Position numbers and translations under genes: made by a program. DNA of 63,518 bases, counting the filler, from Neoconidiobolus thromboides FSU 785 (Eukaryota > Fungi > Entomophthoromycota): assembly GCA_025603075.1 (NCBI GenBank). It is 7 parts of 7 records of this genome, joined end to end, with 100 filler letters (N's around TTAATTAATTAA, not from the genome) between each part and the next. Parts side by side here need not be neighbours in the genome. Positions count along the whole stretch, not along the records: positions 22,434 to 46,431 come from MU626522.1; positions 46,532 to 51,457 come from MU626768.1; 5 more parts are not named here. One strand, 5' to 3'. The number at the start of each line of letters is the position of its first letter. Positions within the stretch are counted from its first letter, which is position 1. Positions 37,509 through 49,500 of the stretch are shown one piece after another. Under the pieces are notes generated by a model that was given only the letters and a program-made list of their open reading frames with translations, did no database searches and was not told the origin of the DNA.

Positions 37509-37611
37509 ATTTGGGTGTATTTTTTAGCTTCATTACTTTTTCCATTTTTAAGCACTATTCGAGCGGAAAAATTGTTAGTAAAATTATTAAGTAAAAAATA
37601 CATCCCCATAT
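37509..37611 (-). mobile_element. MITE family A copy
   Basis: TTTGGGTGTATTTTTTAGCTTCATT...AATACATCCCCATAT. Confidence 0.88.
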
Positions 37612-38301
37612 AAAATTCTTAAAAGTACAATTGGAATTTGGAACCAGATTAATAAAAGAGCATGAACAGTTCTATTATGTAAATCCTTATATAATCAGAG
37701 TATAAGTGCATTTATTTAGAGAATATATACTCAAACATTTGCTTTTTAATCCAAGATTAAGCAATCAATATAAAATTTTGAATTTCTTAAGGGATAAAGA
37801 TTGACGCAATATAGCTTTACTCAATAATTCTATTTATTGGTCAAAGCGGGTATAATCGCTTGTAAATTGAAATACAGTTATATAATTGTACATGTTTATA
37901 ATATTGAATAGTAATAACATCAATTAATAGAAATAGCAATAACTCCCTTTTTGAATTTTTGAGAGTCAGGCCCCAAGTGCTTTACTCAATGAGAAATAAC
38001 AAAATTATGAGAATCGGAGAAATTGTTAGGAAATTAAGAGAATGTGGGGATTTTTGTTAAAACTGCTTTAAGAATTCTAGCTTTTAAGCCTCTGTGATAT
38101 CTGTAAGCATTCTATGGTCCAGGTAGAAATTCATTTGCAAAAAAAATGATGACTCTATTATAAAGGTTTCATAAATGGTTTTGAATATTCAACACAATTT
38201 AATGTATTCATTTTAGTAAAAATAGTCATAAAATAAAATACAAACGAATAAAACTATTTACAACCTTATTTTTTATTTTGAAATTTTGAAGTATTACTAA
38301 A

Positions 38302-39026
38302 TTACTCCGATTGCTCAAATAGCTTTTCAACCCCATAAGCATTAGAACAGTAGCTACTGACATGATCAGTTTTTTCACAATGTACGCATTTGATTTCGGC
38401 TAATTCATATGTACATTCGATTAGTGGGAGGCTTCTACTAATTAAATAATGATCTTGTATCCTTAATCTTTTGTTTAATGTAGCGTCATTTGGCATGAGA
38501 AATATTAAGGCTTTATCAGAATAAAGTATTTCTTTAAAGTGAAACAAATGGGTACAAGAAATGACTTTTCCATAAATATTAAATTTTGCTTTTAACTTTT
38601 CCTCCAATTCTTCTCCAATAAACTCATTTCCCAAATTTGATAACATTATACGCATAACAATATCTGAGTGATGCCACAGTCTATAAGTTTTGATTGTATA
38701 GCCGTTGACCTCCCATTTTTGATTTAATGCTAATACTCTATCTTCTTCATTTTTGAACCCAACTTCAAGCTTATGCTTATCAAGTTTACTTACTGGGCGA
38801 TATCCAATTTTTCCAACTATACATCTAATACAATCAGTCATATCCCTTGCTTTGATCTCTTTACATGGCATTTTGTGCTTTAAAAAACTAACATTTGATA
38901 AGTCCATCATTATTGCATGTTGAAGCGATGTTCTATTTATTTTATATTTCTCATCTAGTATAATTTTGTCTTAGGGTTTGAGGCAAATGAAGATATAAAA
39001 TATTTACCAGTCAAATATGTATCCAT
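38302..39026 (-). pseudogene. RRM-like + CCHC zinc-knuckle gene, copy 3 (202-aa ORF intact; 5' part broken by a stop and a frameshift)
   Basis: ORF 38302-38910 ends in CVHCEKTDHVSSYC (CX2CX4HX4C). Homology to copy 1 extends upstream of the first Met (*DKIILDEKYKINRTSLQHAIMMDL) to a probable original ATG at 39026 in another frame, preceded by TATAAAA. Confidence 0.78.
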
Positions 39027-39727
39027 ATCAGCTTTTATACTATTTACCATTTAATGTGTTTTAATGAATTTGTTTATAAAAAGAATAAGGAATCAATGAA
39101 CTCATTCCAATATAAATATTCTTCTATTGACTGATCCAATTAAGCGCCTTAGCTTAATATGGGGCGATAAAAATAATTTTTTTGATTAATCAAAATAAAT
39201 ATAAAGTATTTTAAAAAGGATGCATCAAATAGAAATTAAAATACAATAATACAAGCACTTGGTGTAGCAGTATATATTAATTAAATGCTTACACAATTAA
39301 TGAGTAAATGGATTTTTATCAATTTAATGTTAGGAAATGAAAATTAAAAATTAAGGGATAAAAGATAATCACAGATGAAATTTAGCCAATAACAAAACGA
39401 AACTATAGCTTTTCACATGAAACATTTGTATTTCTATTTTTAAATTGGTATAAATTTGAAACAAATTTTATAAAATATAGCAACAGGCAAAAGTAACCAA
39501 CATAGATTCACTTTTATCCTTCATTGTATATAACGGTTCGAATAAGTTGCTATATTATAAACATTCATATAATATTTTTAATATCTATTTTTGATAAACA
39601 AATTAGGTAGGGGGTAATGAGCAGACAGACAGGTGTTTTTTTGGTAGAGTATTAATCTATGTAGAACAATTTGTCAATGATTTTTAATAAAAACTCCAAC
39701 TCTTTAATCTAACTTAATAGAAATCAC

Positions 39728-39832
39728 TTGAGGATGTATTTTTATGTTTAAGAATTTTACTAACAATTTTTCCGCTCAAATAGTGCTTGAAAGATGGAAA
39801 AAGTAATGAGCCCCAAAAAAACACCCCCATAT
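39728..39832 (+). mobile_element. MITE family A copy
   Basis: TTGAGGATGTATTTTTATGTTTAAGAATT...AAACACCCCCATAT. Confidence 0.9.
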
Positions 39833-40106
39833 AATTATTTACTCATTAGAATATAGAGAAAGGTTAAGTAAAATTTGCTTATCATCACTAAAAAACTCAT
39901 ATTGACTCTTCAATGTGCTTTTTATATAATAGCCTTCCAGTTGCTTTGTTATAATCAAAACTATTATCCAAAGATTACTTAGCTTAAATGTTTTATGTTA
40001 GATGATACAATTCGGTGTCTTAACTTAGCATAGGATATTAAAAGTAATCATAGCCTTTTAGTTGTTGGCATAAAATGCCTCAAAAAAAACTGTTGATTAT
40101 AAACTA

Positions 40107-40210
40107 ATGGTGATGTTTTTTTTGATTTCATTACTTTTCCATTTTTTTAAGCGCTATTTGAGTGGAAAAATTACTAGTAAAACTCTTAAACATAAAAATA
40201 CATCCTCAAT
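40107..40210 (-). mobile_element. MITE family A copy
   Basis: ATGGTGATGTTTTTTTTGATTTCATT...AATACATCCTCAAT. Confidence 0.88.
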
Positions 40211-40549
40211 GTTTAATAACAAAAGGTCATACATAATGTCATACTTTAATTAATATATTATATAATTATCAAGCAGATGTATTTTTTATGAAGTGCGCAC
40301 TTATTGCAACTTTTATCAACTCAATGATAAGAAGTGAATCGAAGGTATAGAAAATTTAAGGCCAAAAGATCATTCCAATTTTTGATATCAGTAATTCTGT
40401 TTTGTAGTTAAAGAGGTTATAGCCAGCTAAAAATAACAATAAAGCCCAGTACTTTTGTAGAATTATAACCTCTAATGTTAAAAACATCATATTAAGAGGA
40501 ATAATAGTAGTTTTATTAAATACAAGTTGCAGTATATTGAACAATTTAT

Positions 40550-40655
40550 ATACGAGAGCGTATTTTCTTGTTTGACAATTTTACTAACAGCCCTTCTAAT
40601 CAAAAAGTGCTTAAAAATTCGAAAAACTAATGAAATAAGAAAAACATCTCTATAT
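40550..40655 (+). mobile_element. Highly degenerate MITE family A copy
   Basis: TACGAGAGCGTATTTTCTTGTTTGACAATTTTACTAACAG...AAGTGCTTAAAAATTCGAAAAACTAATGAAATAAGAAAAACATCTCTATAT. Confidence 0.7.
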
Positions 40656-40799
40656 TTAAAAAAGGACTGCTTGTGATATAAAATCAAAATAATAACTTTT
40701 AGACGTTTAAAATAAGTAAACTTACTATAATTTTTATGATAAAAGTATGCAAACAAAAGTCATAAAAGCTCTCTACTACTTAATTTTATTGAAATATAA

Positions 40800-41220
40800 T
40801 TTGAGTTGCCTTCTGTAAAATCAAAGAGTTTTTGGTATCCTTAGGTACTTATACAATGTTCAGTTTTATGTTCAGTACCTCCATATCTAAAACATACAGC
40901 TTTAAAGATTTCATAATTTCAAATATCTGGTGGAAAATTGTCACTAATTAAATTTTTATCTATGGGAGCTGCCTTCTCATTTAATACATTGTTATTTAGT
41001 TTGAAAAATACTATTGTAGTATCAATATAAGAACATTTGATTCTGATTAGATAGCTAAAGACTTGTAATAATCTCTCTATAAGTACTAAGTTTAGTTCTT
41101 AATGTCACTTTCAATTTTCTACCAAGGAATTTACCTTTATATTTTGATATCTCTAAACTTATGTATTTCCTGAATGATGAAATATCTATATAGTTTAATT
41201 AAATATCTGTTAATATAGCA
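40800..41220 (-). pseudogene. RRM-like + zinc-knuckle gene, copy 4, heavily decayed and cut by a MITE
   Basis: Reverse frames read YINRYLIKLYR...GKFLGRKLKVTLRTKLSTYREIITS...NLISDNFPPDI*NYEIFKAVCFRYGGTEHKTEHC...GYQKLFD. These match copy 3 (NGYTIKTYR, KLKAKFNIYGKVISCT, YGVEKLFE) and copy 2 (SNNLPPAICIYDISKAKC). Confidence 0.68.
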
Positions 41221-41221
41221 C

Positions 41222-41325
41222 ATGGTGATGTTTTTTTTGGCTTCATTGCTTTTTCCATTTTTTAAGCACTATTTGCGTGGAAAATTTGTTAGTAAAATTC
41301 TTAAACACAAAAATACATCCTTAAA
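41222..41325 (-). mobile_element. MITE family A copy
   Basis: ATGGTGATGTTTTTTTTGGCTTCATT...AATACATCCTTAAAT. Confidence 0.88.
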
Positions 41326-42110
41326 TACTACCTTTACAGCTATTACTAATTTGTACAAAAAAGTAGCTTAATAAATAACAAAGTTAGTTGGTTATGAAAA
41401 TTATATTTACAAAAGCTATTATTACTTAGTATTACAATGTTTATAAATGAACTTCACTAAAATATGATATATAAATCTAAAGATATAAAAGTCAAAGAGT
41501 ATATCCTTAAATATAAGAGTTCTTTTGATTATCTCTAGGTTTTAATTTAATCAATATTAAATTAGGGTTAAGCTTTGCAAAATGTAAGATTGTTTGAAAT
41601 TAGGATTGTTTTGAAAATGCACTGAGTAAATTGTGCATATTATAATAGAAAAATTGTAAACTATAATAAACTAAGAAGATCTAATAGAGAAAGTAGTGTA
41701 ACTTATAGGCTTAGGATAGCGAAAAGAGCTTAAAAGATGCCAAGCTCATACTTTTGATGTACTGCGTAAGTAAACAATACCATAAAAAATATTTATGATT
41801 TTAAAATACAAACCAATATTATAATAAATTGTAAAACACAAAGAAATACAAATAAAGGCATACCGATAAATGTATAAATAGCGATATATATATTATGTCA
41901 AGATATACAAATAATGAATAAGTTTTTTAAGATTTACTAAGGGACAAAATATTGAAGCAATTGAATATAGCTAATAATAAAGCTAAATATCAGCTTTTGC
42001 ATAAGAAATATGTAGTTATATCCCTTAAAATTGACACAAGATTATATAATTAGAAATCAAATTATAAAGAAGCCAAGCTGATGTATTAAGTATACAAAAG
42101 ATCTTTTTAA

Positions 42111-42213
42111 ATATGGGGATGTATTTTTGTGTTTAAGAATTTTATCAACAAATTTTCCACTCAAACAGCGCTTAAAAAGTGGAAAAAATAATGAAGTCAA
42201 AACACTCCCATAT
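42111..42213 (+). mobile_element. MITE family A copy
   Basis: ATATGGGGATGTATTTTTGTGTTTAAGAATT...CAAAACACTCCCATAT. Confidence 0.93.
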
Positions 42214-42345
42214 ACTAAAGTTAAATTTATATATTTTGATTCTTAGCATTAGAGCGTTATTATAAGTTCACTTGGTTTATTTTGTACATAACATATAGTA
42301 AAGATATTACTTCCTTTTGGAATAGCAAAACTAAAAGACCTAAAA

Positions 42346-43200
42346 CTAAGCATCGCTACGTTTACCTATAGTAAGTTGATAAATAGCTTTAAATAAAGTA
42401 ACAACGGAAAACATTGGCATTGGGAGAGCATATACATGAGGAGATGATGATAATGAATTAGAAGATAAGTCAGTTTTTCCTAAATGACTACTAGAAGATT
42501 CTTTTCTAAGCATTCTTTTCTCGTTTTTTGATAGTGATAAAGAATATAACGGCATAGGGAGCTCACTTAACTCGAAAGAGTTGGTCTTAGTTACAATTAA
42601 TGAATCAGAGCAGTCTATTAGATTTTGAGATTTTTCAATTACTAAAGAACTCTTCAAGGGATCTTTTTTTGAGTATGCAGGAGGAGTTAAAGTATTACTG
42701 AAACCCATTGCTCTTTTTGTTTTCTGTATTATAAAGAAAATTCTCTGCTTATATTGGTTTATATACCCAGGCATTATAAACAGTTTTTTTTATTATAGTT
42801 TGCCAAGGCAATTTCCAAGATATTTGAGAACTTGCTTATAAAAATCATTATTCTCATAGGGTATAATTATTTCCATATTAGTAGAATCATATTATACTTA
42901 GGATGAAAAACAACAATTTTAATATATTGTAAAACCCCGGCTATTGCAATTAGTATTTTACAAGACATTTATAGTATTATAAAGACTATAAACATTTTGG
43001 TATTTGTAAAATGCAGTATGTTCTGATAATATTTTACGAAACTATAGATAGTAACTGTGAAAAAAGATAAAACTAAAAATCATTTTCTAGTAGTAGCGAG
43101 AATAAATGAAATTCTTTCTATAAATAAATGTCCGATGAGCCAAGAAATTTTTTAAATGAATTTAATATATAATTACTATATTTGAGCATTGGATTAACTT
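42346..43200 (-). pseudogene. Decayed multi-pass membrane protein (possibly GPCR-like); the 142-aa ORF is probably its Ser-rich tail
   Basis: One reverse frame reads WLIGHLFIERISFILATTRK*FLVLSFFTVTIYSF...MFIVFIIL*MSCKILIAIAGVLQYIKIVVF...IMIFISKFSNILEIALANY, i.e. hydrophobic helices with scattered stops. Confidence 0.4.
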
Positions 43201-44402
43201 TTAAGTTTGATTTAATTTTAAACTAAAATCAATAAATTGGATTAGCGATTTATAGCCTTTTTAACCATCATAAAATAAATTGTTTGAAAGGTAAGAACAC
43301 TACATGGAAACCCCATTTTTTGTTTAGTATTTGGCTAATAATTCTTAAATTTAATGTTAAATAAAAAGTGAACAAAAGAACCAAAGACATTAATGTTATA
43401 AAAAACATAAAACTTTAATATCAATTTTCAAAAGTTCTATTTTATTTTATTATATCTTATCATTTTTTGAATAAATCCAGCTCATATATCACTATTAGTA
43501 AGAATAGCTGTTTTTTTATGATTCATGAGTAATTTAAAGGAATTAAAAGGTAACTTATGACTTAGCTTTGGGCTTTTCACTACTTTATTAATTGTAGGAA
43601 AAACTCTCAGGAAAAACAAGCAAATGAACTTTCATTTTATGATATGACCTATCAATACATTTGTTTTTAAATTCAAATAGAGCGCATTTATCTCTTTGTG
43701 TTAATAGAAAACCATGTGTATTAATAAAAAGCAAAAAAACAACCAATTATGAATAATTTTATAGGATTTAGTTTAAGCTCCCTTTGTTATTCAAAAGTAA
43801 ATTCTGTTGTTTACCAGTTTTTGATTTGAATAGCTAAAGGGGTTATAAGGGTTAGAATGATGAAGAAAAAGAAGAGTCAAGCTAGAGATTTAGATAGTCT
43901 AAGGGTGTGAAGTAGTATGAAAAAAGGTAGTAAAAACGAGACTAAAGGTTAGAAGGTTGATATAGCTTGTGAGGACTGCTAAGGTTGCGAAGAGCGAAAG
44001 AATGGTAGGAAAAACAGAGGCAAATATTGTGATAGATTTTAGGTTTTTATGCGGGATCCCCTGTGTTGGCTTAAATGAATTACTTGTAAAACTATTTAGT
44101 TTCTTTTATAGCTTTGATTTATTTCAAAGGTATTGTAAGTGTACTTTGAAAATTGGCAATATTTTTTTCTAAAATTCAATCCAGACTTTCAAGGATAGAT
44201 ATTAACATTTTTTTTTACAATATCTGCTAATTTTCAAAGTGAAGTGTCCATTAGTTAATAATAAATGAATCAATAGTGAACAAAAAACTATACTGTTAGA
44301 AATCATTAAATAAAATACGCCAATATTTCAATATGCCACACAGCTTATTGTTCTGCTTTTTTTAGCTATAGTGAAAAGATAAATTTTCTTGAAGCCAAAG
44401 AT

Positions 44403-44507
44403 ATATAGAGATATATTTTTGTGCTTAAGAATTTTATTAAGAATTTTCCTGCTCAAATAGGGCTTAAAATGGAAAAAGTAATGAAGCCAAAAAAAGCATC
44501 TCCATAT
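44403..44507 (+). mobile_element. MITE family A copy, ~150 bp downstream of the multicopper oxidase stop
   Basis: ATATAGAGATATATTTTTGTGCTTAAGAATT...AAAGCATCTCCATAT. Confidence 0.85.
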
Positions 44508-44655
44508 GCTTGTCTTTTTAAATTGTCAGGAGTTAAAAAATTGCATAGGTTTTCTCAGAATTGCTTCATTTCATATAAAAGGTAACAATAGCATTTAAAT
44601 CTTTGAAAAGTAATATAAAGATAGTAAGTCTAATCTATATGTTTATTAAATTAAG

Positions 44656-46374
44656 TTATTTTCTAGGGGATTCGTTAATGATAACTTGTTTTCCCATAGT
44701 TAAATGGGCAGTAATATGACAATGCATAAACCAAGAACCTGGGTTATCAGCCTTGAAGCGGATAGCATACCATCCACATGGTATATCAGTTTGAAGCATA
44801 CGGGAGTTTCTAACATTGGCTAAATTTTCATTAGAATTTTGGTTATTGACTTTGACACCAAAAGTATCTGATAATTGATTAGTAGCTAATCGAGCAGAAT
44901 TAACAATATTATTTGCATATTGAGTAAAAGTATCACGATAAACTGGGATTTTATCAGAAGATGAAATTCTATCATCAATTATTTTTCCATCAACTTCTGG
45001 GTTATATACATCAGATCCATGGCCTACAACAAAGAAAGAGTGGCCATGTAAATGCCATGGGTGGGTAGCACAAGCGCGTCCAGCAGGCATGAAGTGTTGC
45101 AATACAATTTGGACGTCATCACCTTCAGTAATCTCATAAATACCTGGAGTAGGTTTATGGCGTCCAGCAATAACATCATCCCATACAGTTGCATTTCTTG
45201 GTTTTGTGATAACATCATTGATAGTATAAATTGAATTTCCTTCAAGTGTAGTTGATGGGATTACATTTAAGACGATTTCTTTAGTTGCTTTTTTAGGAAC
45301 TGGATAATAATGAGAGCTGAGCCCTTTGTTATACCATTTAGATGTAAATAGTTGAGCTTCTACCCAACGATTGAATGGTCCAGTAGGAGTTGGTAAAGTA
45401 GCTGGGATTCTTCTTAATGCATCAGCACTTTCAGCTCCTTCATAATGTAGGATAGCAGCACCGTTATTAGGAGTAGTAGAACCACCATTGACTTGAGTGT
45501 AAGCATAATAATTGTCAACTTGTTGATTAGTTTCCATAATTACAGAGTATCTTTGTCCAGCAGACATTTCAACTCTATCAACTTCAACAGGTTCAATAAT
45601 AGTACCATCAGCTTCAATCAAGGTAAATCTGTGTCCTGGAATACGGAAAGTAAGGAATGAAAGCCCATTAGCAGCAATTAAACGTAATCTGTATCTTTTG
45701 TTTGGCTTTACGTTAATAACATTGTAACCATTATTAAATGGTACAGTTGAGTTATTAGCACCAGCAGCATTCCATACATTGTAAGTCATACCATTTGTTA
45801 AAATACTATCAGATGGACCAACAAATTTAAAAGGAAGACCTAATAATCCTTTAAGTAACTCATCACTTGATTTGTGCCATAATTCTGATAACATCACTAA
45901 TCTTTCTTCATCATATCTATATCTTGGATCGAATTTTACTACATCGTCCCAAATGTTCTTTTTATCTTGTACAATTAAAGCGCCATAAGCATGTTCAGCA
46001 TCTAATCCAGTATGGGCATGATACCACCAAGTACCAGATTGATCATTTACTTTAAAATTATAAGTATAATCTTCATTTGATTTAATTGGTGGGGAGGTAA
46101 CGTATGGTACACCATCAGACTTTACACTACCACTTTGAGTAATTCCGTGCCAATGAATAGAAAAATCTTTATGAAGTCTATTACGTACTTTTACGATAAT
46201 AGTATCACCAGCAGTAGCATTAATAGTAGGACCAGGGAACTGACCATTAATAAGGATACCATCAAGAGCATAATTATCTGGGGCAATTCTGCCTTCTTTA
46301 ATTTCCCAATCGAAATTTAAAGTTGCAGCTAATATTGAGGAGGTTAAAAGTAATGAAGAAGTAATATATTTCAT
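44656..46374 (-). CDS. Secreted three-domain multicopper oxidase (laccase/ascorbate-oxidase-like, AA1), 572 aa
   Basis: Signal peptide MKYITSSLLLTSSILAA. Cu motifs SIHWHG, WWYHAH, HPWHLHGH and WFMHCHITAH. Intronless. Confidence 0.96.
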   Translation of the reverse strand: MKYITSSLLLTSSILAATLNFDWEIKEGRIAPDNYALDGILINGQFPGPTINATAGDTIIVKVRNRLHKDFSIHWHGITQSGSVKSDGVPYVTSPPIKSNEDYTYNFKVNDQSGTWWYHAHTGLDAEHAYGALIVQDKKNIWDDVVKFDPRYRYDEERLVMLSELWHKSSDELLKGLLGLPFKFVGPSDSILTNGMTYNVWNAAGANNSTVPFNNGYNVINVKPNKRYRLRLIAANGLSFLTFRIPGHRFTLIEADGTIIEPVEVDRVEMSAGQRYSVIMETNQQVDNYYAYTQVNGGSTTPNNGAAILHYEGAESADALRRIPATLPTPTGPFNRWVEAQLFTSKWYNKGLSSHYYPVPKKATKEIVLNVIPSTTLEGNSIYTINDVITKPRNATVWDDVIAGRHKPTPGIYEITEGDDVQIVLQHFMPAGRACATHPWHLHGHSFFVVGHGSDVYNPEVDGKIIDDRISSSDKIPVYRDTFTQYANNIVNSARLATNQLSDTFGVKVNNQNSNENLANVRNSRMLQTDIPCGWYAIRFKADNPGSWFMHCHITAHLTMGKQVIINESPRK

Positions 46375-46431
46375 TGTTTTTATTGTTTAAAAGGTTGATA
46401 CTTATCTTTATTTATACTTTTTTTGATACAA

Positions 46432-46531
46432 NNNNNNNNNNNNNNNNNNNNNNNNNNNNNNNNNNNNNNNNNNNNTTAATTAATTAANNNNNNNNNNNNN
46501 NNNNNNNNNNNNNNNNNNNNNNNNNNNNNNN
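46432..46531. other. Artificial contig spacer
   Basis: 44 N + TTAATTAATTAA + 44 N. Confidence 0.97.
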
Positions 46532-49500
46532 ATCTTTTAATTTTTCTATTTTCTATAGACTTTATAACTCTAATTGGAACTATATCGCTCTTTTTGATGT
46601 ATCAGATACTGGATAATAATGTAGTTTATTGTTATGTTTAATAAAGTGTAAACACTTCTTTTAGTGCCTTGGATCTCTATTATTATTTTTGTATTTTTGT
46701 TTCTTTCATACTTTTTAAAAATTATATCTGTTTTCCTATTATTAATAGTCGAGTTATTAATTTTATTATGCTCGCAAATAAAAGCCTCAAATCTTGAAAT
46801 TAATTGATTGATATTCGATATTCCTATTTTACCTAACGCTTCAAAACTACTTTTCCATTTTGAAAGATTTCCAAAAATGTTCAACTATACTTTTTTCATG
46901 ATGCTCAGCAAAAAAATTAAGACCAATATTCAAACTACTATTTACTTTATAAATTTTTTCAAGTATATGGAAGTGTTTAGTTATTTTAACGTTATTAAGC
47001 CAACTTAACTTATAAGGAAACTCCACTTTATTGCCCTTTTATTTTTTTAGTTTTACATGGACAACAACAAAGGTAAAAATTATAAACTTAAAGCTTTAAA
47101 AAGTCCATTATCATTATCTCGAAAATTTCTCTTTTGAGGGGTTTGGAGGTTTGGGCTAATTAAGTACAGGTATTATACAATATGTGTTATACAATCTACA
47201 AATTTTCTAAATTTAGTTTTATACGTATATATAATCTAAATGTTTTGATAGTATAATAACTAAATAATCTCTTTTCTTTAATAATGTAGCCCTTTCTGTA
47301 AATAAAGTTTTAAAATATGTGATTATGATATTAAGTGCTTAAAATCATTACTGTGTCTATTCAGCAGCTCAACGCTTCCCCCCTTACTAGTGTGTAATAT
47401 TTGTATTCGTTATATAAACGAAAAATTTAAAGTTGGAAACATTAAGACAAGCTTTTAAAAGTTTGTTTCTTAGTTGTTAGAGACTAAATAAGTGGGGGAT
47501 TGATTGACTTGGTAACAATTAAAGCTTTTTAGCAATTCAAAGTAAAGGGAGTTATAGTAAATTTTAAGTATGAACTTTTTTTATAATATTTTCTGAATCC
47601 AAAAAGAAACTCAAACTTTCTTTATTATAGTATTAGTATAGAGCAGAAAAGCATCTAGCAAATACATGGTTTTTAACTTATTAAGTATAGAAGGCTAATT
47701 TTTGATTTAAACTTATCTAAAAGGATAAATAAGCAGTTGTGATTATAGTTTGAAGTGTTAATTGAGCAAAAACAATTAGACACTTTGTTTGAGATAATTA
47801 ATGATATCTTGATTTTGGGGAAGTTTATAAAAAAATGTTCATTAAATCATAAATATAATTTAAAAGTATATATTTGAATAATTCCTAAGATTTTCTTCTT
47901 AGTTGTTTGAAAAAGCTTTTTTATGAGGTTTTTAATGTATCTTTTTCCTGGTTTCCAATATCTATTTGTAACTTAATTAGCACTTGGGCATTAGTTTTAC
48001 TACCTAAAAACCATTTTAACTATCAAAGCCTATCAACAGCATTATCAATTTCTGAGAATACAAATATTGTTTAAAATGACTTTATTAGGTTTTTAGTAAT
48101 TTAACACAAAACTACTTTTGGAAACTATCTTTTTAATTATTGTAAATTTTTGATTGAATATCATTTTAAACTTAATAACTTTCAAACTTTTTTCCTTTTT
48201 GCTTTAGTAATTGTATTTAAATAAATTTTCTCAAGTTTTGAAGGCTATAAAGGACAGAGTCTCATATTAATATAGACTTTATATTCTGTGTAACACCCCC
48301 CTTTTAAGGCCTTAAGCTATTTTAAAAATGCCCTTTTGTTTTTGTCAATCTAAAAAATTGAATTTTATTTTCCTGATAAATATTTGATTTATATAATAAG
48401 GCAACTACTGCACTTCTATAAACCGCTTTATCAACTTTTTTAATAATTCTATTATGTCAATAAAATGGCTAGTAGAACTTTTTGGTTTTTAATATATTAT
48501 AAAGTTTCAAACTTAACACCGGTAGTTTTTAAATAAAAACTAAACCCCTACAAGCACAAACACAAATACTAAATTTGTTAAAAATATACTTTATCTATTT
48601 TCTGATTTAGTTAATGTTACATATAATACATAATGTGGTAAATTTTTAGATAGTTTAAACCTTTTGCTTATATGAAAGTTTTTTTAACATTGGGTTGAGA
48701 TTTAGAATTTTGTTTGCCAATTTAAATTTTGTGATAACTTTTACAAATAATTATAAACCACAACTCCACAAAAAGCAATTTTTTTACCAAATTTAAAACC
48801 ATTAGCAGAGGTGATACATTACATTAACAAGCATAATTTGAGAAAAGTTTTTTCTAGCAGACAATTTAAACAGTTATTTTAGCCCTAAAATAACAGCAAT
48901 AACTTTTGGTTAAAATTTGTATCACTTAATTTAGTATTTATAGACATTATAGTATCAGTGCTGTCTTTGAACTAGTTAATTAAACTCTGCTTTGTAGAGT
49001 AGTATATAAAAACTAAACTGGATAAGGCTATAACAATTTCCAGATTTTGTTAATGTTGTATGGAAACTGATTATAATATTTAAAAAAAATTAATTAAGTG
49101 AAGGATTGTAAGTAACATTATTATCAAGCACCATCATTATGAGAAAAGCTATATATAGTATAATTTAGCTAGTTTTTTAAATTTAGTAGGAATTGAGTAA
49201 AACACACTTAGGCTTTTTATATGAAATAAAAACCAGTTAGTACTAACAAAAGTACCTAAATAGATTGATTATATTAGATTTATATAATAACTGCTCAACC
49301 AAGCTTGTTTAATATAATTACTTCGATATGCTTCTTATCACTTAATCCATTAATGCGTGTATAATCTCTGTAGCTTGAATTTGATTATTACTTGGCAACA
49401 AATACACTTTTTAAAAAGAACAAGGCTTTGTTAATAATTGTTTTTTAATGATATGAAAAGTTGTTCATTACTAAAGATGACTAAAATAATTTAGCATTAT

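Noticed and set aside
46570-47040. 104-aa ORF (NLSKWKSSF..LGKI) as a LINE reverse-transcriptase fragment
   Set aside because: The resemblance is a few residues, no YADD-type motif is present, and a different frame upstream is equally open. It cannot be supported without a profile search.
48660-48900. CLNC...CG pattern on the minus strand as a TnpB/Fanzor zinc ribbon
   Set aside because: No DRDxNAAxN-type RuvC-III motif or RuvC-I/II motifs found; many stops.
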